From positions 384,001 to 448,000 of the IMG/VR virus record IMGVR_UViG_3300021431_000075: a stretch of 64,000 nucleotides of DNA; one strand, given 5' to 3'. The notes below the pieces were generated by a model. The model made no database searches. It was given only the letters and a program-made list of their open reading frames with translations, and was not told the DNA's origin. This DNA is from a virus. Lineage: Duplodnaviria > Caudoviricetes. Made by a program: the position numbers and the translations under genes. Positions within the stretch are counted from its first letter, which is position 1. Each line of letters begins with the position of its first letter. Of this stretch, positions 9,501-18,692 are shown piece by piece.

Positions 9501-12500
9501 ATGAGTTCTTTTATAATATATGAAACGCCTGCAAGAAGAACAGCGCTCAAACCTATTGCAACGGCACCTTTGATGACTTCGTTCTTCTTAAGAACTTTTC
9601 CTGTCAGAGCGACAATCGCTCCCATTCCGGCAATGAGTGCTGCAACCACTATGCTTCCGTTCTTTGCCGGTTCCCATTGCTCGCCAATAGGGATAATCAG
9701 ATGCGTTATGATGGCGCTTGTCGCGACAAGCATGATGCCTATTGCTGCAAGCGTGAGCGTTCCTGAACGGAGATCGGAGTTCTTGATGAGAGACAGTCCC
9801 CAGACGATAGCAGTCATTACGCTGATGATGCCGAGAACGATTACGGAACCGGCAATGACTTCCTTGCTTGATTGAGCGATAGCAGGGAACAGCACTGCAG
9901 CAATTATAGAGACTGCGGCAAGCATCGTTGTCAGGACGGCAAGAGTCTTATGTGCTTCTTTTAGATTGCGTCTCGGAATGAACTTTGTCATAAAGAGCAC
10001 TATTGAAGAAAGACCGAACACGACTGCCGATACGACAGCAAGTCCTACTGCAACATTTCCCATATTGTCTCCAATCTTAGGAAGGATGAATGCAGCAACA
10101 AGTGATATTGATGCAAACATCGTAGTTAAAGTCAATAGAGTCGAGTTTGCTTCATGTAAGTCTTTTCTTTCTATCTTTTTTGCAAGATGGTACACTATCA
10201 ACCCCATTGTTGCAATGACTAACAATACTACAGTTGACCCTATGATAGCAGTATCTATGTTGTCTGCTATTTTCGGAAGAACTAATGCTGCGATGAGAGA
10301 TATTGACGCGAACATCGTTGTAAGAGTCAATAGTGTCGAGTTTGCTTCTCTCAAGTCTTTCCTTTCTATCTTTTTAGAGAGTCCGTACACCATCAAGCCC
10401 ATTGTGGAGATGACAGACATGACTACTATTTCGCCTAATGCAACATTTCCGAAGTTCTCCCCAATCTTCGGCAGGATGTACGCGCTTAACAGAGAAATCG
10501 CTGCGAACGAAGTCATCAGGATAGCAAGAGTCTTGTTTGCTTCATCAAGTTTCTTGTTATCGAGTTTTGATAGAGATGTGACAATCTTTCCCATTATCAG
10601 CATGACAGCGGAAACGACGGCTCCACCGGCAAGCGCCGGACCGAAGTTCTCTCCAATCTTTGGAAGAATGAACATGCTGATGAGCGAGACTGCTCCGAGA
10701 ATCGCAGTCATCTTTGTCAGGTTGTCAACTGCGTTTGAATAGTCTTTGTTCGACTTTTCAAGAATCTTATTGACTGCAAGCATGGTTCCGCCAACAACAA
10801 GACCGATGACAGTTACTCCAAGAGCAATGTCTGCCAGTTCGTTGTTTTTGGCTATATATGTCATTATGCCGATGGAGATTGACGCAGAGAGAAGAATCGT
10901 TGACATACCCTGCATCGTATTCTTCATTGCTTCGCCGTTTGCTTTGTAGTCTTTGGACATCCAGATGCTTAAAGTCATTACGGAAGCAATCATCGTGAAT
11001 GCTACTGCAATCTTTCCAATAGAGTCCCAGTTGACAAAGTCCATCAGGTTTGCTGCTACTGTCAATAGGACGACATTGCCGGTTAGTAACGTGATGACTT
11101 TTGCAACATCATTCAAACTGCTTGCTCCAGCCTTGATGTCTTTGTCTGATGATGAGACTTTCTTGACAATCGACAGCATTGCTGCAGTGAACAAAGTGAC
11201 CAGACCCATCGAGGCGATGATGTTGTGCGCTCCAAGCAAGGCGATTGATGCACCGATGAGCATGATTGAAGATGTTAAGAGCAAGATTCCCTGACCGAGC
11301 GGCTTCATTGAAGCGGTGAAGATGTCAATCTGCTTGACTCTGTCAGTGTTCATTCCCTTCAGCAGGTTCGTGACAAACGCGTTGATTGATTTTCCGAACT
11401 TCTCGTTTAGAACAGGCTTGAGCATCATCAGTCCAACCGCGCTGGTCGCGCCGAGTGATGACAATGCGCGAACCATCTTGACCACGGATTCCATATTAGA
11501 TTTCGAATCTGGAATCTCGTCTGTCAATGCCTTGAAGAATGCGCCGATTTCGATGCCGTTCTTATATGACAGCATCTTCTTGATTTTCCTGAAGTCTTTT
11601 GCTGTAAATTTAGAAAGGAGACTAATCAGGGATGTCACGGATGCGATGACAGGCGAAGCGATGCTGCCATCCTCGTTGTACATAAGAGGAATCTTGTCAA
11701 GGATACCCTTGAAGAACAATCCGATTTCCTTTCCGTTCTCATATGACATTATCTTCTTTAGTTGCTTGAATGACAGCGGGCTGTTCGGATCCGTGAACCT
11801 TGACATTATATAAATCAGGTTCGACAAACCGTCTATCTGGATTGTTATCTCTTCGTTTGGTATGCTTTCTGCAATCGCGTTGATGAAGTTTCCGATTGCT
11901 CTTCCTATGAGCCTTCCCTTTGCCGGCATGAACAGCGTCCTTATGGACAGTTGCTGTTTTTCTATGATGTCGTTGATTGAAGAGAATGTCTTGATGATTG
12001 AAGAAATCGATGCATTTACAGTTTCTTCGTTAACTGAACGTGCAACGGACTTGCTGAACTTGTCTATGAAACCGGCGATTGAATCAGCAACCTTGACATC
12101 TATGTTCTCAAGATTGTTTATGCTGTCTATTACGTCATTGTTTATTGCTTTGAATGCGGAAAGCAGCATAACAAGCTTGTTTATGTTGTTGATGTCAGAT
12201 TTCTTTATGTCGAATGATTTTGCAAATTCGGTTATCGTTCTTCCAAGTTCCGGATTGAATGCATAACTGAATGCATCAATCGACCAAAGTTTGTCTAAGT
12301 TGACTGATAGTGCATCAATAAGATTTGACATATTAAACAAAGCATCCGGATTCAGTTTCGCGAACTTGTTTATGGAATCTATTATTTTGGTGTCAATCTT
12401 GCCGAGGCTGTTTATCTTGTCAATGACATTGTCATCCAGTGTGTTGAATGATGATAAAGCCGCAATGACCTTGTTGATGTTAGATATGTCTGAGGAGTTG

Positions 12501-13063
12501 ACATTGAAAGATTCTGTGAAAGATGATAATGTTTTTCCTAAATCGGGATTCAAGATGCTCTTGAATTGGTCGAATGTGTGGATTTTGTCTATATCAATAG
12601 ACAGAGTATTGATTAGTTCAGTGATGTTCTTCAACGCGCTCGGTTCTATATTCGTGAAGTAGTTGATTGAATCAACGATTCTTGAATCTATTTTTCCGAG
12701 AGTTGAGAGAGCGTTTGCGATGGACAATACGGAATCTCCGTTATATGAGTTCAAGTCTATGTTGTTGAGAGAGGAACCTATAGTCGATATGATTGATGCT
12801 ACATTTTGACCGTCGGTTTTTGTGATTCCGGATTCTTTGAACATTTTCATTCCGCGGGCAAGTGCCTCTACTTGTTCGCCTACTGACTGTGTCTTTTCAG
12901 AAGACACAGTTGCACCGCCAAGCAATTCAGAAATCAAGTCTGCAGTTTCATTGTTGCTGGATTGCTTGTTTTGGTTAATGCGGTTCTCGTAGAAGTCATT
13001 GACAACCGATGATATGATGTTTAGTATGCCGTTTAGTGCTTCCTCGCTTGTGTATTGAGCCAT
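6554..13063 (-). CDS. Tail tape-measure-like protein (2169 aa)
   Basis: Very long, Ala/Gly/Ile-rich, helical, with hydrophobic central repeats of about 65-71 aa. Confidence 0.7.
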   Translation of the reverse strand: MAQYTSEEALNGILNIISSVVNDFYENRINQNKQSSNNETADLISELLGGATVSSEKTQSVGEQVEALARGMKMFKESGITKTDGQNVASIISTIGSSLNNIDLNSYNGDSVLSIANALSTLGKIDSRIVDSINYFTNIEPSALKNITELINTLSIDIDKIHTFDQFKSILNPDLGKTLSSFTESFNVNSSDISNINKVIAALSSFNTLDDNVIDKINSLGKIDTKIIDSINKFAKLNPDALFNMSNLIDALSVNLDKLWSIDAFSYAFNPELGRTITEFAKSFDIKKSDINNINKLVMLLSAFKAINNDVIDSINNLENIDVKVADSIAGFIDKFSKSVARSVNEETVNASISSIIKTFSSINDIIEKQQLSIRTLFMPAKGRLIGRAIGNFINAIAESIPNEEITIQIDGLSNLIYIMSRFTDPNSPLSFKQLKKIMSYENGKEIGLFFKGILDKIPLMYNEDGSIASPVIASVTSLISLLSKFTAKDFRKIKKMLSYKNGIEIGAFFKALTDEIPDSKSNMESVVKMVRALSSLGATSAVGLMMLKPVLNEKFGKSINAFVTNLLKGMNTDRVKQIDIFTASMKPLGQGILLLTSSIMLIGASIALLGAHNIIASMGLVTLFTAAMLSIVKKVSSSDKDIKAGASSLNDVAKVITLLTGNVVLLTVAANLMDFVNWDSIGKIAVAFTMIASVMTLSIWMSKDYKANGEAMKNTMQGMSTILLSASISIGIMTYIAKNNELADIALGVTVIGLVVGGTMLAVNKILEKSNKDYSNAVDNLTKMTAILGAVSLISMFILPKIGENFGPALAGGAVVSAVMLIMGKIVTSLSKLDNKKLDEANKTLAILMTSFAAISLLSAYILPKIGENFGNVALGEIVVMSVISTMGLMVYGLSKKIERKDLREANSTLLTLTTMFASISLIAALVLPKIADNIDTAIIGSTVVLLVIATMGLIVYHLAKKIERKDLHEANSTLLTLTTMFASISLVAAFILPKIGDNMGNVAVGLAVVSAVVFGLSSIVLFMTKFIPRRNLKEAHKTLAVLTTMLAAVSIIAAVLFPAIAQSSKEVIAGSVIVLGIISVMTAIVWGLSLIKNSDLRSGTLTLAAIGIMLVATSAIITHLIIPIGEQWEPAKNGSIVVAALIAGMGAIVALTGKVLKKNEVIKGAVAIGLSAVLLAGVSYIIKELIIPIGADAEKAAEGSKVVVATIGAFGLIVAATGKINGMSIVKGIATIGGVTALLWAIGKMLPSYIKTALMMEKDAKRITDGGLEIAGTIGVWGIIMGAIGALISGPQAAILALGAGAVTGISAVLWAIGKMLPSYTKTALMINRNKQNIKSGSAAIKEIIMSWGLIIGAVGALIFGPQAIVLALGAGAVTGIAAVMRGLNGVIPKYVSMANIATRNRSVMKSGSEAIKMMLSEMTKLISAIGKMTLSPATSIAMLKGKMTIGSIGSVISKLSNVIEPLARIIKKINAYNLTPEEVGKLERLFKPSGRTSNGNNIFDAVKNICDSLNNIGLISSSKARIILKNIQPIFNTISTFVDVVGKLSSMKYVTEWNTDGTPKAYETLSMSKFRDAAVTVSVTFRVFMVELSKGMDSLKSISLGTIAKLAVGIKPIVMAVNTFTNTVLSALNSKIETEWDKNGNPTKFRKFTPVEFKQAATVIASGFANFIITFGEAIAPFSKKAGDIFNSLKNGIKPVVDSIVEFTNTIYGIMDGKEFTFMENGQEVRKMIKFDPQKFLKTSNAVSKGFTSFVETLYNSLSKYEIDVTEYEAYTEKKKSLFSSTETTKFKEKTVKKNKVGILLNNLADIGLLVNAVGDLTNLVLETIEKKNFNKVASTANIMSSSFTDFISIICGKLGNDSVEKTLENTTKNLDKIKKLIHSFKSPYNEMTSIFSDKNFAALSIDNTEKLFSVIEYTISKDNLARIKDIDPKEIESVIPYTSSLIKIAANLNDLTKAMKNADMTNACMQFIKDIEVLTQPQLADRANASRRALNMFGTDLTKFTKVVVHSEKKFVTFTSKMNKAESALKKFDKTLVDNERKRNKALEDFAKMVDGMAASIEKLSEKIETLDKNKIIENFQGIKELLELTNSVNGSAAQAPQSQQMPNANFAQSTPSTYRLTNGQTQQQRASGSSQVFYPQIPQKRKTQRITMQFANTHFDGFITTEDA

Positions 13064-13119
13064 CAGAGTTTGTTCCCGATTTGTAGTTTTGTGTTAAAGC
13101 AAAATAAATAAGAAGATGT

Positions 13120-13464
13120 CTATTTTGTTGCAAGTCTTCTTTTAGAGACTACGAACAATGAAGGATTCAGCGACTTTACGGTATAGACGATATTTGAGCG
13201 GCTGTCGAACAATGTTCGGAAATAGTATGTTGTTTGTGTTTCATCATCAATGAAAGCAGCTGCAACCCACTTGGAGAATGCGGGGAGTTTGTCGGCTTTG
13301 ACCAGAGAGTCGAGACCGGCAGCGTTCAGAGTATCAGGCTTCAATGTCTTTGCGGAAGATATGGAAACTCCGTATATGTTCTCGGAAGAAGATATATCTT
13401 TCGTCTTACATGCTGTCATGCAAACGATGCATATCATGCTAATTATAAAGATAATGCGTTTCAT
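13120..13464 (-). CDS. Lipoprotein (late)
   Basis: MKRIIFIISMICIVCMTA-C lipobox; minus-strand AATAAATA at 13485-13492. Confidence 0.75.
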   Translation of the reverse strand: MKRIIFIISMICIVCMTACKTKDISSSENIYGVSISSAKTLKPDTLNAAGLDSLVKADKLPAFSKWVAAAFIDDETQTTYYFRTLFDSRSNIVYTVKSLNPSLFVVSKRRLATK

Positions 13465-13484
13465 TACTGGATAGTTTGTTTAGA

Positions 13485-13492
13485 TATTTATT
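13485..13492 (-). promoter_or_regulatory. T4-like late promoter (AATAAATA)
   Basis: About 20 nt upstream of the 13464 start; would also serve the tape-measure gene. Confidence 0.6.
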
Positions 13493-13500
13493 TGTATATT

Positions 13501-13528
13501 TAAACTTTTCCGCTTATTGAGAGTATAC
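13501..13528 (+). promoter_or_regulatory. Phage promoter TAAAC-N17-GTATAC
   Basis: Exact motif and spacing. Confidence 0.78.
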
Positions 13529-13593
13529 TTTGTACAAATCTAATTCACCTGACAATGCGAAAATAATTAACAACATAATAAAAACGATAGATA

Positions 13594-14274
13594 ATGATGA
13601 AAAAGAGAACCAATCTTCTACGATTCAGCAACCGGTTCAAGATGATGCTACCTTTTGCATTCATTGCTATCTGTTCTGCTCTTATTGCAAGAACTTTTGC
13701 ACACACGGATGTGCGAACAATCAATGACAAGTCGTTTTTGAACAGCGACACATTATTAATAGAACCGGCTGCTGACAGACTTAAATTGATGAAGGATTCG
13801 GCTAATCAGATTAAAGAGAATCTTATCAAAGAAGTCTTTGACTACATCAAGAAAGCGGCTCCCAAAAGCAGAATGAGCGCACAAAACATTGTAAATCAAT
13901 GTATTGATAAAGAATACGACATTACTTTGCTGCTTGCACAAGGACATCAGGAGACGCATTTTGCAACTTGCGGAAGCAACAACTGCTTTGGAGTTGTCGG
14001 AAAAAGATACAGTCACCCGGATGAGTCTGTTTCAGGATACATCAATTTGATGCAGCGCAGATACATCGGAAACAAGACGACAGAGCAGGTCCTTGCATCG
14101 AATATACAATACATAGGAAGCAAGAACACGCATTATTCGACAAGTTCGAATTATGGTTCGATAATCTCTGCAATCCGCAACAAGATTCTTGTAGATACGA
14201 ACATACACAAGTTGTTCACTGATGTAGTGGAAATCAACAGGCGCATTGACATGCTTGATGTTGTTTTGGATTAA
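13594..14274 (+). CDS. Glucosaminidase (GH73)/lysozyme-like peptidoglycan hydrolase with N-terminal hydrophobic segment
   Basis: LLAQGHQETHFAT, NNCFGV, RYSHPDESVSGY, YSTSSNY resemble glucosaminidase motifs. Confidence 0.65.
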   Translation: MMKKRTNLLRFSNRFKMMLPFAFIAICSALIARTFAHTDVRTINDKSFLNSDTLLIEPAADRLKLMKDSANQIKENLIKEVFDYIKKAAPKSRMSAQNIVNQCIDKEYDITLLLAQGHQETHFATCGSNNCFGVVGKRYSHPDESVSGYINLMQRRYIGNKTTEQVLASNIQYIGSKNTHYSTSSNYGSIISAIRNKILVDTNIHKLFTDVVEINRRIDMLDVVLD

Positions 14275-14292
14275 GTTATAAATTTATTTCAT

Positions 14293-14862
14293 ATGGCTAA
14301 GAAAACAAAGGCTACCGCGAAGAAGAATAGCGGTGAAATAGAACAGTTCGACTTGTTTAGCGGTTCGGTGGTTACACAAGAGCCTGCTGACAAGGATGAT
14401 GATTTTGCTGTCGAGAAACTATCTCCGTTTTCGATTATAAACATGATGTTTTATAATGCTGCCGGATTCTATGCAATCGACAGGAAAGAACTTGCAAAGC
14501 ATTTCTTCATGATCAATAGGACTATGTCTGTGAAGTATCCTTTGCAGGCACAGTTCTTTAATGTGAACGGAGTCAATCAGGGAGATGTCGTGCAGTTCTG
14601 GCAGAAGTTTATCAGGAGCGCGGAACCCGGAAACAGAGTTCCTGCTTTCGTGCGTGATGTCGGAGTCAAGAAAGAGAAGATGCTGGATACGATAGACCAG
14701 TCTGTTATTATTGACTATTGCAAGTTTTATTCTTTGTCAAAGAAGGATTTCAGCGATATGTTGACATTCAAGTATGATGAGACTGTTGATGATGTGAAGA
14801 ATTTCATATCTATTCATTACAAGGCTGAAATTCTGAAGAAAATCAAGAGCAAAAAGTTATAA
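14293..14862 (+). CDS. Putative clamp-loader small subunit (T4 gp62-like)
   Basis: LSPFSII...FFMINRTMS...AQFFN and YCKFYSLS resemble gp62 family patterns; 189 aa. Confidence 0.5.
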   Translation: MAKKTKATAKKNSGEIEQFDLFSGSVVTQEPADKDDDFAVEKLSPFSIINMMFYNAAGFYAIDRKELAKHFFMINRTMSVKYPLQAQFFNVNGVNQGDVVQFWQKFIRSAEPGNRVPAFVRDVGVKKEKMLDTIDQSVIIDYCKFYSLSKKDFSDMLTFKYDETVDDVKNFISIHYKAEILKKIKSKKL

Positions 14863-14871
14863 GTTTTATAT

Positions 14872-15510
14872 ATGGTTTATGAAAAGAAGATTATCGATGT
14901 TCTTACGAACTCGATAAAGATTGGCTTTTCCGAACTGGAGAATGTTGATTATCCGTCAAAGAAGTTCTTTATCAATATCGCGAATATTAAGATTGAACTC
15001 GATGAGCAAAACGGAAAGCGGGATGGAATCATTCATTTGATGAATCAGTCCATCGATGTCAGTTACATCAAGGCTTGGAAGTCATATGCGCCCGGACATT
15101 TCTTGTGCATGGACTATAAGAAGGACAACCGTGACAAGGATGGAAAGAGTCCGTATTATATTATCAAGTACAAGCACGGAAACCTTACGATGAAGGCTCT
15201 TGTGCGCTATCTGTTCGAGGTTGACGAGAACATAGGTTCTGCTATGGATATCCAGAAGATGCTTGATGACTATGACGACTTCGAGGTTGATGGACGCCAT
15301 TATGCAGTCATCAAGATTTGCAATATGGACAAGTGGGGTGATGGATGGTTGACGCCAGAGACCAATAGGATAGACATCATTCATTCTAATGCCATCGAAT
15401 ATGGAGATTATTTCGATGAAGAAGATGAAGAAGATGATGAAGAGAATGAAGATGAAATCTTTGAGAATGGTGAAGAAGAAGGAGAAGAATATGAAGAGCC
15501 TTTGATATGA
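14872..15510 (+). CDS. Hypothetical protein with highly acidic C-terminal tail
   Basis: 212-aa ORF ending DEEDEEDDEENEDE... Confidence 0.8.
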   Translation: MVYEKKIIDVLTNSIKIGFSELENVDYPSKKFFINIANIKIELDEQNGKRDGIIHLMNQSIDVSYIKAWKSYAPGHFLCMDYKKDNRDKDGKSPYYIIKYKHGNLTMKALVRYLFEVDENIGSAMDIQKMLDDYDDFEVDGRHYAVIKICNMDKWGDGWLTPETNRIDIIHSNAIEYGDYFDEEDEEDDEENEDEIFENGEEEGEEYEEPLI

Positions 15511-16556
15511 TTAAGAATATTGAATTGTTAAGAAAGAAGTCTCCGGATTTTATTCGGAAGTTTTTCTCAGGCTGTACGGTTGAGGAGAAGATTGACACAT
15601 ATTATGTATGTGTTGAAATCGCATCAAAGAACAATGTATTTTTTAAGAAGTCGTCAGGCAAGGTTATAGACCGTAGTGACTTGATTGTCAATGAGATGTG
15701 GCAACGGTTTGTTAATGACTGGAAGCATCTGCAGCTTGTGAATGATGACTGGTTTGAAGAGCATATCGGCTATAAGTTCCATATGTTCTATTTTCCTTGT
15801 TCGAAACCTATTCTGACACAGTACCCTGACAATATATCGTATATTATAGACAGAGTTGAGTTCAACAACGTTATTGTTGAAGATGCGGAGAGCGTGTTTA
15901 GCGGAATGAACATGGTTGACAAGTTCAACATCGCGTTTAAGCATCTTCTTGTTAAGAAGGATGATATATCAGAACCGGTAGATGGCTTCATAAGCGGAAG
16001 CGGCGAATTGTCGGAATATGCAAAGGGTATCATCGATTTCGACAAGTCTGTTATATTTGCTACAGAGAAACCGGAAGGTTTCATTTTCAAGTACGGAAAG
16101 AAGCACATATACCAGACGTGTTCGAATGATGATGCTCGTGTGGCAAGCGCGGAAAAAACTCAGTATGAGTATCTTCTTGTAAATTTCACCAAGTTCTGGA
16201 ATTCTGACGAGAGCGTTGTTGATTGCTTGAACCAAAGTTATACGAAAAGTGTCTGCAATTTGTTTAACAAGTTCATTGCGAAAGAAAAAGAGACAAAAGA
16301 GATTGAGAACAACATAGATGCATCAAGTCTTGAGAGTCCGTGTGTTGGGAAGCGCTTTGATATTTGCTATGTGAATATTCCGGATGAGCAGAGTGTTGCT
16401 TTGTGCAAGGAGTCTGAACTGTACAAGAACATCTTCAAGATACTGCTCATCAATCTTAAGAGAACGAAGGATATGGAGCATAGCATAATGTTTACAAAGA
16501 AGAATATAGAAGACTGGAATATGATTGTCAGGACTATACAGAATGTTTGTGTCTGA
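15507..16556 (+). CDS. Hypothetical protein, possible ligase/nucleotidyltransferase-like fold
   Basis: VEEKIDT (motif I-like KxD) and PEGFIFK (motif IV-like EG); function not established. Confidence 0.5.
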   Translation: MIKNIELLRKKSPDFIRKFFSGCTVEEKIDTYYVCVEIASKNNVFFKKSSGKVIDRSDLIVNEMWQRFVNDWKHLQLVNDDWFEEHIGYKFHMFYFPCSKPILTQYPDNISYIIDRVEFNNVIVEDAESVFSGMNMVDKFNIAFKHLLVKKDDISEPVDGFISGSGELSEYAKGIIDFDKSVIFATEKPEGFIFKYGKKHIYQTCSNDDARVASAEKTQYEYLLVNFTKFWNSDESVVDCLNQSYTKSVCNLFNKFIAKEKETKEIENNIDASSLESPCVGKRFDICYVNIPDEQSVALCKESELYKNIFKILLINLKRTKDMEHSIMFTKKNIEDWNMIVRTIQNVCV

Positions 16557-16585
16557 AAGACAGAACTTTTTATTTTTGGCTTGGA

Positions 16586-16624
16586 ACTGTCGGAGTTGCC
16601 ATTTGGTTGACTCCGGCGGTTTTT
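16586..16624 (+). terminator. Intrinsic terminator
   Basis: ACTGTCGGAGTT...GACTCCGGCGGT stem plus T-run. Confidence 0.75.
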
Positions 16625-16693
16625 GTTTTTAGATAGATAAATATCTTATAATACAAAAAGCTATGAAATGTATTTTTCATTTTATTCAATCTA

Positions 16694-17230
16694 ATGGAAG
16701 CAAGATACTATAACGAAACGACTGCGATAATCGATCCGTCATATGGCGGCTATCCTATATATGTTCAGGATTCTTCTACTCCGGAACCAGAAGAAGGAAC
16801 AAAGGAACTTGATGTCTGGAAGCATTATGGTCCATGTTCCGCACAGATTGATATCAAGTCTGTTGCTTGGCAGTTGTCAAACAATCCTCAGTTCCCGCAG
16901 TCTCCGACAGTTTCTGTTGAAGAACTTAAGAAAGGAGAGCCTTATACTTATAGAGAACTTAAGGATGCAAGAGAGTCCGGTGGTGATAGTGGCGGCGGTG
17001 GTGACAAGCCGTCCGGAGGTGGCGATTCGTCAGAAGGTGGCGGTGGAAGCGTTGACCCGTCCGGTGGCGGAGATATTCCTCTTGGAAATGGTTCGAAGAT
17101 AGTATACGACAAGGATAAGGGTTATTACTATGATGTTTTGAACGGAACTTCAAACGATCCGAGCAACATGGGATATGACGAGAACAATAACGGCATCCCT
17201 GACTTGAACGAGTGGAGTGTTATACATTAA
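16694..17230 (+). CDS. Gly-rich late hypothetical protein (probably virion-associated)
   Basis: GATAAATA at 16636-16643; SGGG linkers; C-terminal DENNNGIPD resembles a Ca-binding loop. Confidence 0.7.
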   Translation: MEARYYNETTAIIDPSYGGYPIYVQDSSTPEPEEGTKELDVWKHYGPCSAQIDIKSVAWQLSNNPQFPQSPTVSVEELKKGEPYTYRELKDARESGGDSGGGGDKPSGGGDSSEGGGGSVDPSGGGDIPLGNGSKIVYDKDKGYYYDVLNGTSNDPSNMGYDENNNGIPDLNEWSVIH

Positions 17231-17240
17231 TTAAAAAAAA

Positions 17241-17269
17241 GAAAGTTCTCATTAGAGATGAGAACTTTC
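17241..17269. terminator. Bidirectional terminator
   Basis: GAAAGTTCTCAT...ATGAGAACTTTC between convergent genes. Confidence 0.75.
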
Positions 17270-17321
17270 TTCCACAAACAATCGAAACAATGAATGCATG
17301 GAAAAACAATTCCATGATTTT

Positions 17322-17756
17322 CTATTTATATAGTTCGTCAAGCATTTCAACCAAGCTTTCGAAGTAACTGTCGCTTAAGTCTTCCAGATCGAAAGCATAG
17401 CCAAATGCCATAAATTCTTCGATATTTCTCAAAGCGGATTCTTTGTCCATGTCAAGGCATTTCATATATATCGGAAGAAGTCTTTTTGTGAACTCGAACC
17501 TTTGTTCTTTTGACCAAGTGTTCTTTTGGAACCATTTGTCGTCATTCTGCATGATGTTGACAAGTTCATCATATGGCTGTTCGTTCCCTATGAATCTCCA
17601 CATAGCAAATATTGTCGAGTATAGCAGGCTTTCTGTGTCATAGAAACATTCCAAGAGTTCAGGAGTCATTTCAAGAGCTTCCAGTTCTTCCAGTGTGTAA
17701 ATGTCAATATCAAACGTATATTTTGTATTGGGATTTGTTATCGAGATGGTTGTCAT
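17322..17756 (-). CDS. Hypothetical protein
   Basis: 144-aa ORF with its own TAAAC-N17-GTATAC promoter. Confidence 0.8.
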   Translation of the reverse strand: MTTISITNPNTKYTFDIDIYTLEELEALEMTPELLECFYDTESLLYSTIFAMWRFIGNEQPYDELVNIMQNDDKWFQKNTWSKEQRFEFTKRLLPIYMKCLDMDKESALRNIEEFMAFGYAFDLEDLSDSYFESLVEMLDELYK

Positions 17757-17785
17757 GTGCTTGATGTGACAGATTTTCTACCGAA

Positions 17786-17813
17786 GTATACTGTTAAAAA
17801 TATAGAAAGTTTA
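17786..17813 (-). promoter_or_regulatory. Phage promoter TAAAC-N17-GTATAC (minus strand)
   Basis: GTATAC 17786-17791, 17 nt, GTTTA 17809-17813. Confidence 0.78.
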
Positions 17814-17831
17814 AAAAAGTTGCATATTATT

Positions 17832-17859
17832 TAAACTTTCTCTGCATTTTCTTGTAAAA
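17832..17859 (+). promoter_or_regulatory. Variant phage promoter TAAAC-N17-GTAAAA
   Basis: Same spacing; divergent partner of the previous promoter. Confidence 0.55.
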
Positions 17860-17879
17860 CATAATGTACTTATTGTCTT

Positions 17880-18692
17880 ATGCTAATGAATTTAGATGAA
17901 AATGAAAGTTTGAATGCTGTTGTTGCTAAATTCTTTTATGTATATCAGTCGATACCAATAGAGAGTTTCAGAAACAGCATTACATATGAGTCGCTTGTTG
18001 ATGAGAGTTTCATTGGCAAAGTGCATAGTGAAGAGTTTCCGCTTGCCGCAAAGATGTCGTTTGTAAGAAAGTCGGATGCTGATAATGAATTTGTCGGTTT
18101 TTATCCGGTATTTTTTTATGATGCACAGACGATTGGTTTGTCTGGTCGGTACTACAATACACAAAAGGGCATATATAAGAACATCGGTCCCGCGCATGAT
18201 TCAGACGAGTTTGTCAAGTGTCTGGAAATGCTAAATAATGATAAGGAAAAAGACATATATGACTATGTCACGTACTCGATGAGAATTGATTCCGGTTTTT
18301 TGATGACTTATCAGGATGCAGTGTCTAATTTCAACGAGATGTTAAAAACATATCCGAAACTTCCGTTGATAAGATGCATGGATGATGCGGAGCATCTTGG
18401 AACCAAGCTTGAAATCGCGGTTGAGTATGTTATAAACCCTTATGTTTTCAGCGGAATCGCGGTCAAGATGTACTCGCTTTCAGAAGAAAGCGGTTCCGTG
18501 AAGAAGCATTACTTTCAGTTAAGTCCTGAAATGCTTTCGCTTTCGTTGTTTGGCGGATGGGAACCTATTAATAAGGTTCGTGTTGGCAAGGCACTGGATG
18601 ACATTAGGAAATCCATTGCAAAGAAACGTGGAAACGAGGATGAGATTTTGGAAACGATTAAGACATTGACAGATGAGGATAGAGATAAGTGA
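17880..18692 (+). CDS. Hypothetical protein
   Basis: 270-aa ORF overlapping the uvsW start. Confidence 0.8.
   Translation: MLMNLDENESLNAVVAKFFYVYQSIPIESFRNSITYESLVDESFIGKVHSEEFPLAAKMSFVRKSDADNEFVGFYPVFFYDAQTIGLSGRYYNTQKGIYKNIGPAHDSDEFVKCLEMLNNDKEKDIYDYVTYSMRIDSGFLMTYQDAVSNFNEMLKTYPKLPLIRCMDDAEHLGTKLEIAVEYVINPYVFSGIAVKMYSLSEESGSVKKHYFQLSPEMLSLSLFGGWEPINKVRVGKALDDIRKSIAKKRGNEDEILETIKTLTDEDRDK

Noticed and set aside
6783-12662. Many long plus-strand ORFs opposite the tape-measure gene
   Set aside because: Antisense shadows of a biased-codon gene, with no promoters or recognisable motifs.
13103-13110. Plus-strand AATAAATA as a late promoter
   Set aside because: It points antisense into the lipoprotein gene with no plausible downstream ORF, so it is likely a chance match in AT-rich DNA.
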